From Acholeplasmataceae bacterium (lineage in GTDB: Bacteria; Bacillota_I; Bacilli_A; Acholeplasmatales; Acholeplasmataceae), in NCBI GenBank assembly GCA_963675245.1, contig OY775910.1, positions 640,001-704,000 of the forward strand: 64,000 bases of DNA, written 5' to 3'. A program made the translations under genes and the position numbers. Below are positions 61,048-64,000 of the stretch, in pieces (within the stretch, counting starts at the first letter, position 1; every line of letters starts with the position of its first letter). The notes below the pieces were generated by a model, which had not been told where the DNA came from, ran no database searches, and saw nothing but the letters and a program-made list of their open reading frames with translations.

Positions 61048-63030
61048 ATGAAAAAAACAATAACACTTATTTCAATTATTTCACTTGTAATAGGCTTAAC
61101 TGCCTGTGTACAAGTTAGGAACACAGCACCTACATTAGTAGGGGTTCAATCAGAAGTCACCATTCAATATGGTGATATTTATGATCCTGCAGATGGCATT
61201 ACCGCAAATGACGCTCAAGATGGTGATTTAACTGCAGCCATTGAATTTAGTGGTTATAATCCAGCTTGGTTAGAAGATTCAAGAGGTGGTATATATCAAT
61301 ATACAGTTTACGTAGAAGATAGCGAAGGTGCATCAGCTACAGAACAAGTACAATTAACAGTAGAAGGTTCTGTAGAACAGACTGTTTCTTTAAGATATGT
61401 TCAAACCGCACGTACATATTATATTGGTTCTGGCAATTATGATCCGTTTCAAGGTGTAGAAGCTATCGACTCAAGAAATGATGAGGATTTAACAGATAAC
61501 ATCATTGTTGACAATCTCCCATCGCTTACAAGAACTGGACGTTATACATATACATTAAGAGTCGAAAACGAGTTAGGCGCTAGTGCAACAATCTCAGTGG
61601 CATTAACAATTAAAAATGCTGTTGATTATATCCCAGATACATTAACAACGGACCCAATTGAAATCACGCTTTGGCATTCAAACGGTTCAACCATTGAAAC
61701 AGCGCTAAATCTTTATGCAGAAGAGTTCAAAACACTTTATCCAAACATCACAGTTAATATCCAGAAAAATGGTGATAACTATGATCAACTTAGACAAAAT
61801 ATCGTTAGCGCTATTAAAGGTGGTACATTACCAAACATCGTACAAGGCTATCCTGATCACGTTGTTGAATATTTATCCAATAACGTTATTTTAAGCCTTA
61901 ATCCATACATAGATAATCCAATATGGGGATTTGATGCAGATTTAGTTGACGAACAATTTGAAGATATTTTATGGAATTATCGTCAAGAAAACAGCAGTTA
62001 TACAAATGATGGTGAATTCTATTCACTACCATTTAATAAATCAACAGAAGTTATGATTTATAACAAATCTGTTGTTGATGATTTAATTGCGTCTGGTGCA
62101 ATTACTGAATTTCCAACAACATGGCAAGGTCTTATGGCCATTTCAGATGAATTCTTTGCAGTAGCAGACGATTACATTGATGACTACAGTGCGACATTAG
62201 GATTAACACAAGATGAAATCGATTTTGCAAAAGAATTATTTGCCCCATACTCATATGACTCAGACGAAAATGCGTTCATCACACTTATTCGTCAATGGGG
62301 TGGAGAATATACAAGTATTAACAGTGAACGAGAGGGCATGTATGAATATGATACACAAATAGCACTTGACATGCTCAATTACTTTAGTGCACACCGCTCT
62401 GAATTAACCATCGCATCTCATTGGCGAGCAGATTATGCTTCAGATTTATTTAAAAAAGGTCAAACATTCATGACCATTGGTTCAACTGGCGGTGCCTATT
62501 ATAATACACCATCATACGTGAATGATGACATAGGTTATTTATTTGAATTTGATGTTGCCCCTATTCCTTATAATGCAGATCTTCCAGAGTCAGCAGCTGC
62601 TATTCAACAAGGGACCAATTTATCATTAACTAAAGTTGGCACAGATCAAGAAAAACTTGCTTCATGGTTATTCTTAAAATATCTATCAAGCAAAGAAGTA
62701 CAACTCGACTTTACAATGAAGACAGGTTATTCACCAATTCGTGAATCAGTCTATGATACACCAGAATATCAAACATTCTTAAGTGGATTTGATCAAGATG
62801 GTGTAACACCACTTGAAGGTGAAATGTTGATGCGCTCTAAAGCTGCTGCTGCAGCTATTCAACAATCAGACATTCTCTTCTATGATCCAGCATTTAGTGG
62901 TTCATCAACCATTAGAACCGCGGTTGGGGTTGCATTTGCAAGAGTCGTTGACCCAACCGAAACAGATACAGTTGAATCAGCATTAGCATATGCTGTTTCA
63001 GAAGCTAGACGTATATTAGGATTAACTTAA
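61048..63030 (+). CDS. Extracellular solute-binding lipoprotein with two N-terminal Ig-like (DUF5011-type) repeats
   Basis: Lipobox LTAC; APTL.G..YDP..GITA.D..DGDLT and YDP..GVEA.D...EDLT repeats; SBP motifs ITLWH, LPFNKSTE, ASWLFLKYL, TGYSPIR. Confidence 0.88.
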   Translation: MKKTITLISIISLVIGLTACVQVRNTAPTLVGVQSEVTIQYGDIYDPADGITANDAQDGDLTAAIEFSGYNPAWLEDSRGGIYQYTVYVEDSEGASATEQVQLTVEGSVEQTVSLRYVQTARTYYIGSGNYDPFQGVEAIDSRNDEDLTDNIIVDNLPSLTRTGRYTYTLRVENELGASATISVALTIKNAVDYIPDTLTTDPIEITLWHSNGSTIETALNLYAEEFKTLYPNITVNIQKNGDNYDQLRQNIVSAIKGGTLPNIVQGYPDHVVEYLSNNVILSLNPYIDNPIWGFDADLVDEQFEDILWNYRQENSSYTNDGEFYSLPFNKSTEVMIYNKSVVDDLIASGAITEFPTTWQGLMAISDEFFAVADDYIDDYSATLGLTQDEIDFAKELFAPYSYDSDENAFITLIRQWGGEYTSINSEREGMYEYDTQIALDMLNYFSAHRSELTIASHWRADYASDLFKKGQTFMTIGSTGGAYYNTPSYVNDDIGYLFEFDVAPIPYNADLPESAAAIQQGTNLSLTKVGTDQEKLASWLFLKYLSSKEVQLDFTMKTGYSPIRESVYDTPEYQTFLSGFDQDGVTPLEGEMLMRSKAAAAAIQQSDILFYDPAFSGSSTIRTAVGVAFARVVDPTETDTVESALAYAVSEARRILGLT

Positions 63031-63076
63031 TCCTTGATATAAACAATATATAGATAACAAAATAGGAGGATATATA

Positions 63077-64000
63077 ATGAATTTCAAACGTTTATTATTA
63101 GCATTTACGTTATTGGTAGCAGCCGTATTTTTAGTTGCATGTACAAACCCAACACAAGTGCTAGAAGAGTCTGAAACGGCATTATTAGAAGAATATGCAG
63201 ATACAATTGCATCTTCAACATATGTTGTTTCCGAAGATTTGACGCTTATCACCTCAGTTGGTGAAGCGACAATTACATGGGCATCAAATAACACAGATGT
63301 ACTCGCAAACGATGGTTCAATTACGAGACAAGCAACACCAACAACTGTCACGTTAACAGCCACTCTAAGCTATGGCGAAGAAACACTTGCCGTACCATTT
63401 ACGATTACAATTGCTGCGATTCCAGATGCAGATCAAGTGGCAACAGCCAAAGCAGCACTAATTGCTAATTATGTAGATACACTTGGTGATGATACATATA
63501 ATGTTACATCTGATCTAACACTCGTTACATCTATTGCAGGTGCCACAGTTTCATGGTCAAGTAGCGATACGGCAATCGTTGCTACAGATGGTACTGTTTC
63601 ACGACCTAGTTATACAGTTGGTAATCAGAATATTACATTAACAGCAACTATTACTGTAGGCACTGCGAGCGATACACAAGTATTCTACGCATATGTAATT
63701 GCTCTTGATGAAACTGATGAAGAAGTTATGGCACCAGTATTCTTAGTCGTGATGGCATTCCCTGAATACGATGGTATTACAGGTGATGAAGATTTCTTAA
63801 GAGTTCAGTATCAAACATATGCTGAAGCGGATCCCGAAAACAATATTGAAGCTGGAGACTATGTTGAAGACGAAAATGGTGATCGTATCGTTGATACATT
63901 CCCATTCTTTGAATCATATGAAATTAAAGGTGAGTACTATGATGTAGCATGGAGTTCAAGTAACACAGATGTCATAGAGTTTATTTATTACACAACAGAC
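63077..64000 (+). CDS. Lipoprotein with tandem Ig-like (atrophied Big-type) repeats, truncated at the window end (not in ORF track)
   Basis: AGGAGG SD; MNFKRLLLAFTLLVAAVFLVAC lipobox; repeats DLTL.TS..ATI/VxWxS.....DGxI/VxR....V/ITLTAT; frame open to 64000. Confidence 0.85.
   Translation, partial: MNFKRLLLAFTLLVAAVFLVACTNPTQVLEESETALLEEYADTIASSTYVVSEDLTLITSVGEATITWASNNTDVLANDGSITRQATPTTVTLTATLSYGEETLAVPFTITIAAIPDADQVATAKAALIANYVDTLGDDTYNVTSDLTLVTSIAGATVSWSSSDTAIVATDGTVSRPSYTVGNQNITLTATITVGTASDTQVFYAYVIALDETDEEVMAPVFLVVMAFPEYDGITGDEDFLRVQYQTYAEADPENNIEAGDYVEDENGDRIVDTFPFFESYEIKGEYYDVAWSSSNTDVIEFIYYTTD

Noticed and set aside
63022..63363. 113-aa minus-strand ORF
   Set aside because: Shadow of the plus-strand lipoprotein starting at 63077

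Overview
AT-rich, gene-dense bacterial chromosome segment spanning the replication origin. Genes left of about 49.5 kb are almost all on the minus strand and genes right of it on the plus strand. The order gyrA-gyrB-recF-yaaA-(orphan)-dnaN-dnaA | oriC | rpmH-rnpA-yidC-jag is present. TGA is used as a stop (genetic code 11) and gene order is Bacillota-type, but the peptidoglycan-precursor genes glmU and glmM/cdaR are missing from their usual clusters. This suggests a wall-less Acholeplasmatales-like mollicute (inference). Most of the window is housekeeping: tsaEBD/rimI, pgi, ispDF/ispE, cdaA, mfd, pth, prs, spoVG, rsmA, rnmV, pduL, cssRS-like TCS, serS, galU, uppP, phnDCEE-like ABC, rmuC, asnS and a carbohydrate-family ABC. 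No rRNA/tRNA, CRISPR or mobile element was seen. Highlights: (1) an apparently intact NYN(+OST-HTH) ribonuclease gene between an Asn-specific T-box and asnS, so predicted to be induced by uncharged tRNA-Asn; (2) an SGNH hydrolase + AttH/DUF7064-like + rifampicin-phosphotransferase/PigC-like dikinase operon with a divergent membrane-anchored XRE regulator and palindromic operators; (3) an unannotated 28-aa Thr/Tyr-rich leader peptide with terminator/antiterminator ahead of the sugar-type ABC operon; (4) cdaA followed by an unannotated 57-aa membrane protein and a degenerate PAS-GGDEF protein in place of cdaR-glmM; (5) an undecaprenyl-phosphate recycling module and a Ser-nucleophile LtaS-family protein in an apparently wall-less cell. 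All family calls are motif recognition by eye; no searches were run.
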